From: a bacterium
GTDB taxonomy: Bacteria; Babelota; Babeliae; Babelales; RVW-14
Assembly: GCA_043822925.1 (NCBI GenBank)
Contig: JBDRBF010000029.1
Location: forward strand, 1-14,885
Length of the DNA stretch: 14,885 bases
Reading direction: 5' to 3'
The translations under genes and the position numbers were made by a program. Numbering within the stretch: position 1 is the first letter of the stretch; each line of letters starts with the position of its first letter. Positions 14,118-14,885 of the stretch are shown here, piece by piece. Under the pieces are notes generated by a model. It was not told where the DNA came from, did no database searches, and was given only the letters and a program-made list of their open reading frames with translations.

Positions 14118-14759
14118 ATGGAAAAAACACGCGACAAAAAAATACTCCCCCTGTTTACTCTTCTCTCTGCTCTTTTTATTTTTTCCTGCACGAGCTTTAA
14201 CTGTTACAGCATGCAACAGAAAAAAACAGAAGAAGAGGGAAAGATAGAGGAAAAAATGGGGGGAAAGATCCTTTATTTTAATATAAAAACAATAGGCTCC
14301 ATCGCCAAATCTTTATCTGATTTAAAAGAATCCATCCCCAAAATCTACACAGACCTAAAAACTAACGGAGAAGAACAGTTTGGAGACTACCTGGAAAAAT
14401 CTGACACCTGGAAAGAAATAACAAAATTAAAGGAAGAAAGCGACACTTTAATAACAAATTTAGAAACCGAATTAAAAAAAAATCAAAAAGAAGCTGCTAG
14501 CACTGATTTAATAAAAAAAAAAGAAGCCGTCGAAGAATATTTCCATAATTTTTCTAAAATAAAACAAGCAGCAGAAGCCCCTGATAAATGGATAGAGATT
14601 TTTAATAAAAATAATGAAAACATAACACCTATTAACTTTTTAATATTTAAGGGTTTCCTGGAGGGATCAATTTTTGGAATAGAAAATGAAATAAAAAAGC
14701 TTACAGAAGAACAACAAAAAGTAAAGTGCACCCCTTCGTCAAGACCATTTTTACCCTAA
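14118..14759 (+). CDS. Exported helical K/E-rich hypothetical protein (213 aa)
   Basis: AGGAG RBS, signal peptide (KKILPLFTLLSALFIFSCTSFNCYS|M) and a predicted all-helical body. Confidence 0.8.
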   Translation: MEKTRDKKILPLFTLLSALFIFSCTSFNCYSMQQKKTEEEGKIEEKMGGKILYFNIKTIGSIAKSLSDLKESIPKIYTDLKTNGEEQFGDYLEKSDTWKEITKLKEESDTLITNLETELKKNQKEAASTDLIKKKEAVEEYFHNFSKIKQAAEAPDKWIEIFNKNNENITPINFLIFKGFLEGSIFGIENEIKKLTEEQQKVKCTPSSRPFLP

Positions 14760-14885
14760 TCTAAGATAGATTTTGCCATCATTGGTAATACACAACTTTC
14801 TTATTACAAAACCCCATAAATTTGTACATTAACATTGTCGCCATGCTCCAGATGGAGAGGAGGGTGAAGCCCCCGGAGGGCCGCC

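Noticed and set aside
14474-14522. A9/A10 runs in the 213-aa gene (also A9 at 4500-4508) as phase-variation tracts
   Set aside because: The frames are intact, and poly-A from Lys codons is expected in this AT-rich sequence.
782-14731. Short ORFs of 60-123 aa overlapping the main genes (e.g. 782-973, 2634-2855, 4074-4445, 12860-13198, 13983-14247, 14483-14731)
   Set aside because: They are antisense or out-of-frame shadows of well-supported CDSs, with no motifs or RBS support.
14850-14885. Minus-strand ...CTCTCCA as a tRNA/tmRNA 3' end
   Set aside because: There is no TTCRA T-loop at the required position.

Overview
AT-rich bacterial window with no rRNA, tRNA, CRISPR array or transposase visible. 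Recognisable genes are a small transaldolase, a single-HKD PLD/Nuc-family enzyme, TamB, a prepilin-type protein, RuvA, an MltA-like lytic transglycosylase and an AAA_14-DUF4143 ATPase/nuclease. These are interspersed with signal-peptide-bearing hypothetical proteins, a gene style reminiscent of Dependentiae/Babelota (TM6) protist parasites (inference only). The main observation is that three genes around tal (333->, 3322->, 3622->) share a ~26-36 aa amphipathic helix right after their signal peptides (about 50% pairwise identity). The helix is followed by unrelated C-terminal regions: a SAM-methyltransferase-like fold, a papain/Josephin-like Cys-His-Asp protease, and a frameshifted region that runs off the window. 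This suggests a modular family of tagged exported effectors. Also seen are nested short palindromic intergenic repeats and twin palindromic operators overlapping the promoter of the AAA-DUF4143 gene.
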